IMG/VR virus record: IMGVR_UViG_3300025840_000087
Coordinates: 1 to 38,579 of that record
Direction: 5' to 3' (one strand)
Length of the DNA: 38,579 bases
Source: a virus
Lineage: Duplodnaviria > Caudoviricetes
Shown: positions 1 through 8,680 of the stretch, piece after piece
How positions within the stretch are numbered: position 1 is the first letter of the stretch
How the letters are laid out: each line of letters starts with the position of its first letter
The notes under the pieces: generated by a model
Database searches by the model: none
Told to the model about the DNA's origin: nothing
What the model saw: only the letters and a program-made list of their open reading frames with translations
Made by a program: the position numbers and the translations under genes

Positions 1-735
1 TATGATCTCTTTGTTAGGGATTTGAAAGCAGCTGGTGCGGATGTGAATGAGAAAGAAGCCAGGAGTTTCGTTGTCAACTTATTTTCTGGGGGTGTTATAG
101 AAGCCCTCATGAGGAAAATGTTGGAAGATGGTCATGTTGTCAGCACGGCCATATTGGTTAATGGCCAGCCTGTAAGCTTTGATTATTTTACCAGCTGGCA
201 TATATGGAACAAGCTGATACAGTATGAGGGGGTTGCAGGCCAATACTTTAAGAATTATGTTAAAGTCAACAAGTTGCCCTTCCTGGAGGCTTCTCATAAA
301 TCCTGGATGAATTCCATGGAAACATCTAATATACTTGATCTTTTATTGGACCATGCTTCATTTTCAGACAAGACCTCTGCCATGGAGGCATTAGGTGTAT
401 TCAAGAAGCATGTGGATGTTAGGAAAGCAAAAGATGTTTATGTCAAAGAAGTTGACAAGAGAGGTCCAGTGCTCGGATTTATTGCTGAATACCATGTCTC
501 TAATAAAAGGTTACCAGGAACAAGATTCCCGTTTGTGATTGAACTTGCCAAACTATTTGGTGTATCGGAGTTTGAACAACACTGGGAGATGGTGTTTGAC
601 AATTTTGCCTATGGTAATGGTCCTAAGTTTGGATTTTTTGGTATACCAAAAGACAAAGTGAGGAATCTTTTGAAAGACATGGGAGTTTCCGGAAATGTCA
701 TCTCTGACATATACAGAAAAATAAAAAATAGTTAA
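1..735 (+). CDS. 5'-truncated helical protein, degenerate ankyrin-like; paralog of 11214..11954
   Basis: Frame open from base 1 (YDLFVRDLKAAGADVNEK, ankyrin-like GADVN); C-terminus FEQHW..FGFFGIPKDKVRNLLKDMGVSGNVISD aligns with FENKW..FGFFTMSPLYLREFLSKMGVSPSVIED of 11214..11954. Confidence 0.6.
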   Translation, partial: YDLFVRDLKAAGADVNEKEARSFVVNLFSGGVIEALMRKMLEDGHVVSTAILVNGQPVSFDYFTSWHIWNKLIQYEGVAGQYFKNYVKVNKLPFLEASHKSWMNSMETSNILDLLLDHASFSDKTSAMEALGVFKKHVDVRKAKDVYVKEVDKRGPVLGFIAEYHVSNKRLPGTRFPFVIELAKLFGVSEFEQHWEMVFDNFAYGNGPKFGFFGIPKDKVRNLLKDMGVSGNVISDIYRKIKNS

Positions 736-746
736 ACTTGCACAAA

Positions 747-786
747 GTGAAAAAACATTGGGAAGGTCAACCCAATCCCTTTGGTA
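747..786. repeat. 40-bp direct repeat copy 1 (copy 2 at 1451..1490)
   Basis: gtgaaaaaacattgggaaggtcaacccaatccctttggta vs gtgaaaaagcattgggaaggttaacccaatccctttggta, 38/40 identical; contains attggg/cccaat hairpin. Confidence 0.9.
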
Positions 787-886
787 AGCTAAAGTATGGC
801 GGCAATAAAACCACCATGATAGACAAGGAAAAACTTGTGGCGCGCAAAGGGTATGATAAAAAGATAACATTCAAATCATAATAGTC

Positions 887-1474
887 ATGAACAACAAATT
901 AAAAGCAGAAATCATAAAAGAATTCGAAGATTGGTCTGGTGTGGGATCACCATGGGAATCTGATGAAGAAGATATTGAGTTTTTCAGCAAAGATCGCGCC
1001 AACTACTGGAAAGACCAGGGTGTTGGTGAGGAAGAGCTGTACGACTTTTTGTCCAATTGTACCGAAGAAGATGCCAAAGGTGGGGTGGATGAAAAGAAAA
1101 CCAGCAAAAAATCCACCGTAAGGAAAGGTAGATTGCCTCTTTTCGAAGAATTCAGCAAACGCTCCAAGAGAAGAAGGGTGAATGAGAATCTTTATAGGGA
1201 GCTTGGTGGAGAATTTTTTGACGACATGCTCACCAAGTTTGTTGACACCATGCACAAAGATGAGAAAAATGCTGTTGGCATGATAGCATACCTCAATGAT
1301 GCCCACCCATCAGATTATGAAGGGGAAGGTGTTTATGATGAGGCAAGTGAATTCTTCGTTGAAAGTTTGCCATGGGATTACTCAAAAGAAGAGATCATGT
1401 CGCTGAAAAGCATGCTAGATGCAGGTGATTTTGCTGGTATGTTCGCCCTGGTGAAAAAGCATTGGGAAGGTTAA
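887..1474 (+). CDS. acidic protein with internal RLPLFEEF tag, putative virion internal protein
   Basis: 195-aa ORF; VRKGRLPLFEEFSKRSKRRRVNE in the middle separates two acidic domains. Confidence 0.7.
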   Translation: MNNKLKAEIIKEFEDWSGVGSPWESDEEDIEFFSKDRANYWKDQGVGEEELYDFLSNCTEEDAKGGVDEKKTSKKSTVRKGRLPLFEEFSKRSKRRRVNENLYRELGGEFFDDMLTKFVDTMHKDEKNAVGMIAYLNDAHPSDYEGEGVYDEASEFFVESLPWDYSKEEIMSLKSMLDAGDFAGMFALVKKHWEG

Positions 1475-1490
1475 CCCAATCCCTTTGGTA
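1451..1490. repeat. 40-bp direct repeat copy 2, at convergent gene junction
   Basis: Spans the stop codons of 887..1474 (+) and the gp51-like gene (-). Confidence 0.9.
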
Positions 1491-1762
1491 GTTTAGGCAT
1501 TTTTACCTGATTAGACTTCAACATGCGTTGCATGCTTTGCATATGACGATCCATGTTGAAGTCGTTTCCACTTCTTCCATCTTTATTTTCCTGCTGTTTG
1601 TCGTTCAACTCCCTGAACTTGTCCAGGAGATACTGGAGTTCGTAAAATGGGAGATCACGATACTGATCCGGTGAAATGCCGGATTTTATCCACAGGGTGT
1701 TTTGGACATCAAAATAATTCTCCAAGGATATCTTGATCGTCGAAAAGAGTTGCCCATCCATC
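1471..1762 (-). CDS. T4 gp51-like baseplate hub assembly protein (start uncertain)
   Basis: SLENYFDVQNTLWIKSGISPDQYRDLPFYELQYLLDKF resembles gp51 family; overlaps the 3' end of the gp26-like gene as in T4-like phages. Confidence 0.6.
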
Positions 1763-2701
1763 TGGAAATCGAACAAGCGATTCATACTGCCCATCGCATG
1801 AACCACACCTCCTTTCCATTTTAGGTTCAACACCAATATTCAACTTTTTCGCAAACATTCTTATTGCTGCTATGTGGTTGTGATCCAACTTGACATAGGC
1901 TTCGTTTATCTTCTCAAGATGACTTTCGCTCAGATGTCTCCAATCCGATACGAGGAACTGCAGATGGGTGAGGAATGCAGTGTCATAATAGCCACCTTCT
2001 CCACGTCTCTTCTTGAGTTCCTGCTTCTGTACATAGTCAAAAATCCAGTTGATGACTCCGATGGTGGGAGGGTACAACAGGGGCATGTTGGGAAGTTTGG
2101 GATGATCCAACACGAATGCGTTCTGTTCCTTGTCCCATTTGTCAACCAGCTTTTGGTTGATGTTGGAGAAACCCAGGGTGTTACTGGTTATCTCTATTTT
2201 TTCCACAGTTCCACAATGTGGGCAATTGGCATGATGATAGAGAATGTTTTCCTTGGTGGAAAACGTGTAATCCCTTATCAGGAAGAATAGGAACAATCTG
2301 TCAACCTCCAAGAGGTCTTTACAATTCGTTCTATTGCCTTTCATGTAAATCCTGGTGCAAGAATCAACAAGAGACTGAATCTTGGTACCGATGTCCTTGA
2401 AATCAGTCTCATCCATACCTGAATAGTGGATGATCTCTCTGGTGGTGGCTGGCCTTGCAGAGATACGCAGATCGGTAGGGTAGAAAACTCCCTTGGATGC
2501 GAGTATCTCCCTTGGTACTGGTTGAAACCCCACTTTATCCACTTCTTCTGCGGATTTGGACACCTTAGCTCGTCTTTTATCTGCCAAGGTTTCAACCTTT
2601 CCCAGGTCTGTGGGTTTGTTATCTTCCTGCTGCGCATCTGGAAACTCAAGGTCTTGGTCTCCGATGGTGTTTTTCAGCATATCTTCGAATTCTTTTCCCA
2701 T
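1709..2701 (-). CDS. T4 gp26-like baseplate hub subunit
   Basis: LASKGVFYP..ISARPATTREI..LLEVDRLFLFFLIRDYTF..CPHCG..CGSC pattern; ATG at 2701 (MGKEFEDML) preferred over GTG at 2752. Confidence 0.7.
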   Translation of the reverse strand: MGKEFEDMLKNTIGDQDLEFPDAQQEDNKPTDLGKVETLADKRRAKVSKSAEEVDKVGFQPVPREILASKGVFYPTDLRISARPATTREIIHYSGMDETDFKDIGTKIQSLVDSCTRIYMKGNRTNCKDLLEVDRLFLFFLIRDYTFSTKENILYHHANCPHCGTVEKIEITSNTLGFSNINQKLVDKWDKEQNAFVLDHPKLPNMPLLYPPTIGVINWIFDYVQKQELKKRRGEGGYYDTAFLTHLQFLVSDWRHLSESHLEKINEAYVKLDHNHIAAIRMFAKKLNIGVEPKMERRCGSCDGQYESLVRFPDGWATLFDDQDILGELF

Positions 2702-2780
2702 TTGAAACTGTTTAATGGTACGTGCATTATAAATATTGTAGGGAAACCACACATACTTGGTTTCTTTTTGGTATTTAAGA

Positions 2781-2886
2781 AATAAATTGAATTAGAATCT
2801 TGTTGAATATCGTTAATGTAAAGTTAGTTGAAGTAAGTTGTTTAATTTGAAGTATTTGTAACATTTGTAATTAATTTGAAGTAAAA
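2781..2886 (+). promoter_or_regulatory. U/A-rich repetitive leader of SSB gene, candidate translational auto-operator
   Basis: Nearly C-free tract with three ttgaagta copies (2828, 2847, 2876) directly before the ATG; T4 gene 32 is autoregulated through an unstructured U-rich leader. Confidence 0.45.
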
Positions 2887-4083
2887 ATGGAATTAAACCA
2901 ACAGCAAGACCAGCTGTTTGCAAACCTCTTTTCGGAAGAGGCTTTCGCATCAACCGATTTAGTTGATAAGGAAGAAAAAACCGATTTCACAGACGAGAAC
3001 ATTTATGCTCCCAGTCTGCCAGACAAAGGTTCGTACAAAGCAATCATCCGATTCCTGCCGTACTACCTCGATCCCAAAGCAAAATCCAAAATCAAAAAGT
3101 TCCAGTACTTTTTCCGCAGAGAGAATGGTATTCCTGGCGGATTGTTTGATTGTCCATCTTCCCTGGGAAGAGGTCATTCTGGAATCTTCACAGATGCGTT
3201 TTTCGTGCTTCGGGAACACCCCAACTCCCTGTACCAGGATTTGCAGAAGAATTTCAAGCGCAAGGTGCGCTATTTTTCTCCTGTGCAGATCATTCAGGAC
3301 ACCCAAAACCCTGAGTTGAATGGTAAGATCAAAATCTTCCGGTTTGGTGGTCAGGTCAACGACATCATCGAGCAGTTGATCACAGGAGACCCTACAATGG
3401 GCATTCCTTCTGTCAACCCATACGACCTGCTGAATGGTCGTGATTTTGTCCTTTCCATCGATCGCAAGACCTATGGAAATGGCAGCAGTGGGCCATCCTA
3501 CGAGAAGAGTGTTTTCCAGACATCATCCAAAGCCATACTGGTGCCTGGATTCAACGACAACGATCGCGAAAATATCACCAAGGAAGGTCTCAAGCAGGCC
3601 ATCTTTGAGTATCTCAAAGGAACTCCTGATATCTCTGCCTATGAATACCAGCCGATGGATGATGCGGCCAAGCAAAGGGCCACCAACATCGTTCGCACCA
3701 TCGTCCAGGACGAGAATGTGTTCGCTGCCATCATCAAACGCGGTGCCAAAGGTGGGCGCGACTATTCTGAGTTTGCCAAAAACTCAAAGAAAGGTGAAGC
3801 TCCCCAGGCAGAACCTGATGCTTTGCAGGAAATGAAGATCGATGGGGGTGAGCCTGTGCTGTCAGGCAATGGCGGCAGCGTAAGTGCAGATGTTGATCTC
3901 GGAGACATCGATTCTGATGTCACTGCCATAGCAGACGAAATCCGCACAGGAAACACCACCCAGGAGGAACCTCCGTTTGAAGTTGATGCTCCGGCTACTC
4001 CACCTCCTGCTCAGGAGGAGTCATCTGATGACATGTCGGATGTGTTGGATGAGATAGAGTCGCTTGATCTCACAGGAATGTAA
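2887..4083 (+). CDS. T4 gp32-like single-stranded DNA-binding protein
   Basis: YKAIIRFLP, DCPSSLG, NPELNGKIKIFRFG, NPYDLLNGRDFVL, YEKSVF motifs and long acidic C-terminal tail. Confidence 0.9.
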   Translation: MELNQQQDQLFANLFSEEAFASTDLVDKEEKTDFTDENIYAPSLPDKGSYKAIIRFLPYYLDPKAKSKIKKFQYFFRRENGIPGGLFDCPSSLGRGHSGIFTDAFFVLREHPNSLYQDLQKNFKRKVRYFSPVQIIQDTQNPELNGKIKIFRFGGQVNDIIEQLITGDPTMGIPSVNPYDLLNGRDFVLSIDRKTYGNGSSGPSYEKSVFQTSSKAILVPGFNDNDRENITKEGLKQAIFEYLKGTPDISAYEYQPMDDAAKQRATNIVRTIVQDENVFAAIIKRGAKGGRDYSEFAKNSKKGEAPQAEPDALQEMKIDGGEPVLSGNGGSVSADVDLGDIDSDVTAIADEIRTGNTTQEEPPFEVDAPATPPPAQEESSDDMSDVLDEIESLDLTGM

Positions 4084-4098
4084 ACCATCCTCTGATAA

Positions 4099-5214
4099 GT
4101 GTCAATGATATTCGACAACGTAGATGTGGAAAGCACTCCGGATGAAGGTCTGGATGTGCTTTCCAAATTTCATGGGGTTTTGACAGACCTTTTGAAAAAG
4201 AAGTTTGGTTCTGGCCCGAAGACAGAATGGGTTGACCTCGATGAGAGAATAAACTTTGCTTGTCCCTATTGCGGTGATTCCGCAAAGAATCAGCATAAAA
4301 AACGGGGCAATCTGTACAAAAGCAGTCTCAGGTATGTTTGTTATAACTGTGGGCAGCGATCTTTCCTGGACACTTTCATGGCTTATTTCGGCATCGGTGG
4401 ATATACTGATGTTGAAATGGACATACTGAAAGCTAGCATTGAAAAGAACATACAAAATGGGTTGTTCTCCAGTGGTGTATCTTTCCTGGATACCCTCAAC
4501 ATGAATGTTGATGTCAACAAGCTGTGCATAAACCGCACCAGGATAATGGATAAATTCAGGTTGACCAACCCCTCCTACACAAGGTATGTGATGGAGTATT
4601 TAAGGAAGAGGAAACAACACATTCATCTAGGTAACAATATCAACCACGTGTTTGCCTATAGCGAATACTACGATTCATTATGGACTTTCAATACCAACAG
4701 AGAAGGTAAGGTTATCAGCGCCATGCTGAAAAATGGTGTATTCAAACCACTCAAACATCCAGGCATACCTCGCTTCAAGTTGATGAATTGGGAGGATTTG
4801 ATGGGCCATTTTGGTGTCACTGATATCAAAGAGGATTATACACGCATCATGAATCCTCTGAGTGAGTTGTACAACATTTTCCACGTAGATTTCCAGAGAC
4901 CTTATATAATCACTGAGGGGACAATGGACTGCAATTCTCTTAGCAACTCGTTCGCCATATGCGGTGCCACAAAGAACTTCAACATCAAAGGTAGATACTT
5001 GATGGATAACGATCCTGCAGGCAAGAAAGCATCTTTGAAGGCTATGGAAGCTGGTAATGAGGTGTTTCTGTGGGACAAGTTTATGGAAGAGGAGAACATA
5101 GACCCCGATTTGAAATTGAAGGACATAAACGATATTATAGTAAAAACCAGCGTACCGGAGTCCGATCTGAGTGCGTATTTCTCCAACGATGAACTAGATT
5201 TGATATGGGTATAA
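4099..5214 (+). CDS. T4 gp61-like DNA primase
   Basis: Zn-binding NFACPYCGDS..KKRG..CYNCG; TOPRIM motifs ITEGTMD, MDND, KDIND. Confidence 0.9.
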   Translation: MSMIFDNVDVESTPDEGLDVLSKFHGVLTDLLKKKFGSGPKTEWVDLDERINFACPYCGDSAKNQHKKRGNLYKSSLRYVCYNCGQRSFLDTFMAYFGIGGYTDVEMDILKASIEKNIQNGLFSSGVSFLDTLNMNVDVNKLCINRTRIMDKFRLTNPSYTRYVMEYLRKRKQHIHLGNNINHVFAYSEYYDSLWTFNTNREGKVISAMLKNGVFKPLKHPGIPRFKLMNWEDLMGHFGVTDIKEDYTRIMNPLSELYNIFHVDFQRPYIITEGTMDCNSLSNSFAICGATKNFNIKGRYLMDNDPAGKKASLKAMEAGNEVFLWDKFMEEENIDPDLKLKDINDIIVKTSVPESDLSAYFSNDELDLIWV

Positions 5215-5441
5215 ACCAAGATGAAATAGACAAATTGGAAGAAGAATTCTTCTCTGATGTATTGAAAGAATTGAAGGTGTATAAGAGGAAAGGTGTTGTT
5301 AAATTCGATACGCATGAAGGGGAGGTTGAAATTGGGGATTTCAAAATTGATGAAGTGGTAGAAAAAGAAAAAACAGTAGTCATAGAACATGTCAAACCAA
5401 AACGAAAAAGAAAAGGCGATGATGAATTCACTCTTCTCTGA
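5205..5441 (+). CDS. small hypothetical protein
   Basis: 78-aa ORF overlapping both neighbours in the replication operon. Confidence 0.55.
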   Translation: MGINQDEIDKLEEEFFSDVLKELKVYKRKGVVKFDTHEGEVEIGDFKIDEVVEKEKTVVIEHVKPKRKRKGDDEFTLL

Positions 5442-5901
5442 GCCGGAGAAAGAGAAGCCACAAGAAGAAACTAAGAAGCAATCACCTGCCGATAAAATGG
5501 CAGTGCAAGCCTCCAGGCTTAATGCAGAGGTGAAGCAGTTATCAACCATGTTCTCCTCTACTGACAAGCTGAATGACGGTCTCCCAAAGCTATATCAACT
5601 CAGACAAAAGATCATAGCCCACAGATACTCGTTCAGCAGAACTTTGTCTGGTATTTTGAGAAAAAGGAAAACCCAAAAATCTCAGGCCATAAACAGTTTC
5701 TACGCATCATTCTTCAAGGATGAGGAAAAGAAACGCAAACCCACCACCCTGGATAGGGATGCGTATCTGGATATACACTTAGCAAGCACAGATGGTCTTA
5801 TTGATGACCTTAATAGACAAATAGAGCATTTGAATGGTTCTCTTGCCACTGTTGATAAGATGATATACGGTGTTCAATCTAAAATTGACTTGTCGAGATG
5901 A
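5389..5901 (+). CDS. UvsY-like recombination mediator
   Basis: Helical 170-aa protein directly upstream of uvsW (ATGA overlap); C-half RDAYLDIHL..RQIEHLNGSLATVDKMIYGVQSKID resembles UvsY. Confidence 0.5.
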   Translation: MSNQNEKEKAMMNSLFSEPEKEKPQEETKKQSPADKMAVQASRLNAEVKQLSTMFSSTDKLNDGLPKLYQLRQKIIAHRYSFSRTLSGILRKRKTQKSQAINSFYASFFKDEEKKRKPTTLDRDAYLDIHLASTDGLIDDLNRQIEHLNGSLATVDKMIYGVQSKIDLSR

Positions 5902-7466
5902 TACTCACATACGATCCTTCTTCAAATGAGTTCGTCATCAATTATGATGACATAAACCAAAAGCGATCCCTTTCTTACCACTACAAAAAGAAGCTAAAAA
6001 ACTGGCGATTCAGAAGTAGAGGCAATCCAGGATGGGATGGTGTCATCAACTTCATGTCCAGGGGTGGCAATGCCATACCCGTAGGACTTTGGAAGGATTG
6101 TATGGATCATTGCAAGAGACTGGGTTATGATGCCAAGTTTGTTGGATTGAAAGAGGTGTTCAATGATATAAGCAAGGAGGATTTTACCAACTTCTGTAAT
6201 GAACTCATGAAAGATCATGAGTATAATGCGAGGCCAGTTCAGATTGCTGCAGCATACAAGATAATCAAGTACAACTATTGCCTTGGTCATCTTTCCATGA
6301 ATGCTGGTAAAACCCTTATTCTTTATTTGGTGGTCTCTTACCTGCTCCATAAGGGAAGATATGATAAGGTGCTCATTGTTTGTCCAGATTCAGACCTTGT
6401 TATCCAGATGTATGATGATTTCGATGACTATTCTTGTGGTAGATGGAGACACATAAAACCCAAGATGATTCACGGCAAGATCAAAAAGAAGGATAGGGGA
6501 GTGCATGATGCCAACGTGATCATAGGTAACTTCCAGACGTTGAAGAATGCTGATGATGATTTCTTCCTCCATTTTGGTGGCCTTTATGTGGATGAGGTGC
6601 ATCGCGCCAAAGCCGCAAGCATCAAAGATATCATATACAAGACGAAGAATGTCAACACCAGGGCTGGGGTTTCCGGAACCATACTCGCAGAAGACAATGC
6701 CGATTATTACACCCTATTGGCCAACTTTGGGCCTGTGGTATGTACTCTTACTGAAAAAGACCTCACAGACCTTGGATATGCCACTCCCATAAGGTATAAC
6801 CCGATGCTGCTGGATTATGCGTCAGATGATTTCAAATTGAAGCTATCCCAACTCCGATCCAGGGCCGACATAGACAACAAAGATGTCTTCCATATTGAGA
6901 TGAAAAACATACGCACTTCACAGAAGCGCATCTTTTGGATTGCGGAGTTTTTGTCCAGGCTCCAGGGTAACACCATCGTGTTTTTCATTGACATCAAAAC
7001 TGGATACGGCAAGCGGCTGAAAGATGCCACAGCCACCTTGTGCAACAAGTCCATTTTCTATGCCGATGGTCAAACACCTAAGGAAAATAGGGCAATCATA
7101 AAAAGGCATCTGGAGAATAATACAGACTCCATACTGTTTGCTACCTATGCCACCTATTCAACTGGTAAGTCGATAAACAACCTTCATAATGCGGTTCTTG
7201 CGGAATCCATAAAGGATTACAACACGTTCAGTCAAACCCTGGGCAGATTGCTCAGATTGCATGAAAGTAAAGATGTGGCAGATGTTTATGATATATCTGA
7301 TGATCTGAGGTGTTATGAAACCGGATTCGATATGAACAACTACTCCTATAGGCATATGACTGAACGCATACGCCTGAGCAGAGCCAAAGGATATGATGTC
7401 AGAAAGACCACCAAAGTCAATCTGCAAGGCTCACAATCTATCAACGGAAGTTTTCAAATACTATAG
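5898..7466 (+). CDS. uvsW: UvsW-like SF2 DNA helicase
   Basis: GWDGVINF N-terminal motif, ARPVQ, Walker A NAGKT, DEVH, SGT, STGKSI, QTLGRLLR. Confidence 0.9.
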   Translation: MILTYDPSSNEFVINYDDINQKRSLSYHYKKKLKNWRFRSRGNPGWDGVINFMSRGGNAIPVGLWKDCMDHCKRLGYDAKFVGLKEVFNDISKEDFTNFCNELMKDHEYNARPVQIAAAYKIIKYNYCLGHLSMNAGKTLILYLVVSYLLHKGRYDKVLIVCPDSDLVIQMYDDFDDYSCGRWRHIKPKMIHGKIKKKDRGVHDANVIIGNFQTLKNADDDFFLHFGGLYVDEVHRAKAASIKDIIYKTKNVNTRAGVSGTILAEDNADYYTLLANFGPVVCTLTEKDLTDLGYATPIRYNPMLLDYASDDFKLKLSQLRSRADIDNKDVFHIEMKNIRTSQKRIFWIAEFLSRLQGNTIVFFIDIKTGYGKRLKDATATLCNKSIFYADGQTPKENRAIIKRHLENNTDSILFATYATYSTGKSINNLHNAVLAESIKDYNTFSQTLGRLLRLHESKDVADVYDISDDLRCYETGFDMNNYSYRHMTERIRLSRAKGYDVRKTTKVNLQGSQSINGSFQIL

Positions 7467-7474
7467 AATCCATC

Positions 7475-8215
7475 ATGACAGTACAATCAATATCTTCTTA
7501 TGGTGACGGTATACTCTCCGACCTCAAGAGATACACTTCCCTTGCATCAGAACCATCTAGGAGGGCACTTAGCCCCATCTTTGACATGATGTCAAGGAAA
7601 GGCTTCGAAGATATCTTTCTTGAAGCCTATTTCAAAGGCGGTATTATGTCTGCATATGTCGCTTTGCTGGAGACCATATTTGCTGGTAGAGGATGGAAGA
7701 GGTTACTGCCAGTGGATAAAAAGGTGAAAACTATGATCTATTACCAGCTGGTGGATCACAGAGAATGGTTAACTAATGTTATGTCGGAGCTTTTGAGGGA
7801 GAAAACAATGAGGCTGAAATCTTCAAATGGCTCCATTTTATTTCACACTGATCACAAGCTCACAATAGACGGTGTGGAATATCCCATTTGCAAGCGAATT
7901 CTTACCAATCGGAAAAGGGTTGTTGCTCAGGTGGTGGTACCCTGGTCTCAGATGTGCGCATTCATCAGTAATAATCACCCCACCATTTTTGAATCCTTTC
8001 TTATGTTTATTCAGGATGGGGCAGTGGTTTTGCATGATTCTGAATATGGAGAAGAGCAATCCAACTGGATAAAGTTCCTGTCAGATACTCCATTGGTGGA
8101 ACCTCTTATAGAGCCTGCTTATGTATGTAACAGAGAGTATCATGATTATCCACAGTTTTTGGTTCATTTACAGAATCCAGAAATTCGTCTGATGGACATA
8201 ACCATCAATAAATAG
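7475..8215 (+). CDS. hypothetical protein
   Basis: 246-aa ORF in operon, no recognised motif. Confidence 0.7.
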   Translation: MTVQSISSYGDGILSDLKRYTSLASEPSRRALSPIFDMMSRKGFEDIFLEAYFKGGIMSAYVALLETIFAGRGWKRLLPVDKKVKTMIYYQLVDHREWLTNVMSELLREKTMRLKSSNGSILFHTDHKLTIDGVEYPICKRILTNRKRVVAQVVVPWSQMCAFISNNHPTIFESFLMFIQDGAVVLHDSEYGEEQSNWIKFLSDTPLVEPLIEPAYVCNREYHDYPQFLVHLQNPEIRLMDITINK

Positions 8216-8262
8216 AATAAACGACAAATGAAAAAGAATAAACGACAAATGAAAAAGAATAA
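8214..8262 (+). repeat. 21-bp tandem duplication covering the translation start
   Basis: agaataaacgacaaatgaaaa x2 plus partial third copy; gives MKKNKRQ-MKKNNR. Confidence 0.9.
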
Positions 8263-8671
8263 TAGACTCCCATTATTTGAAGAATTTTCACATAATAAAG
8301 GTGTGTCAATGAATGAAAAATATAAGAAAAAGGACGCCATAAATGACCTTGAATCTATTAACAGGCATCACATAGCTTTAGATTCAGAGGTAAGATTTAT
8401 AGACGACAAAAAGATAGATGGGTTTAAAACATTAAAATTCGAACTCGAAAGTGAGGACAGGTCTGATAGATTAGAAATATTTCTTTATATAGAAGATGGT
8501 TATTACTCTGGTACACTTGTGAAGGTGGGCAATGAAGAAAATATGTTCAAATCAACCATGGCAGCTCTTATATTTGCCCATATGGAGTTTGGTGATATAG
8601 AACCAGATGAACTTGATGAATGGGAAGATTGGGAAGAACCGGTCACAGATTTGGTGAGACCAACATTTTAA
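8228..8671 (+). CDS. tagged (RLPLFEEF) acidic protein, putative virion internal protein
   Basis: MKKNNRLPLFEEFSHNKGVSMNE; TAAATA at 8209..8214. Confidence 0.75.
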   Translation: MKKNKRQMKKNNRLPLFEEFSHNKGVSMNEKYKKKDAINDLESINRHHIALDSEVRFIDDKKIDGFKTLKFELESEDRSDRLEIFLYIEDGYYSGTLVKVGNEENMFKSTMAALIFAHMEFGDIEPDELDEWEDWEEPVTDLVRPTF

Positions 8672-8680
8672 CACTTAGAT

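Noticed and set aside
4902-5567. Long antisense ORFs (also 19191..19712, 37031..37594, 20696..21124)
   Set aside because: Shadows of better-supported sense genes; no motifs or own promoters.
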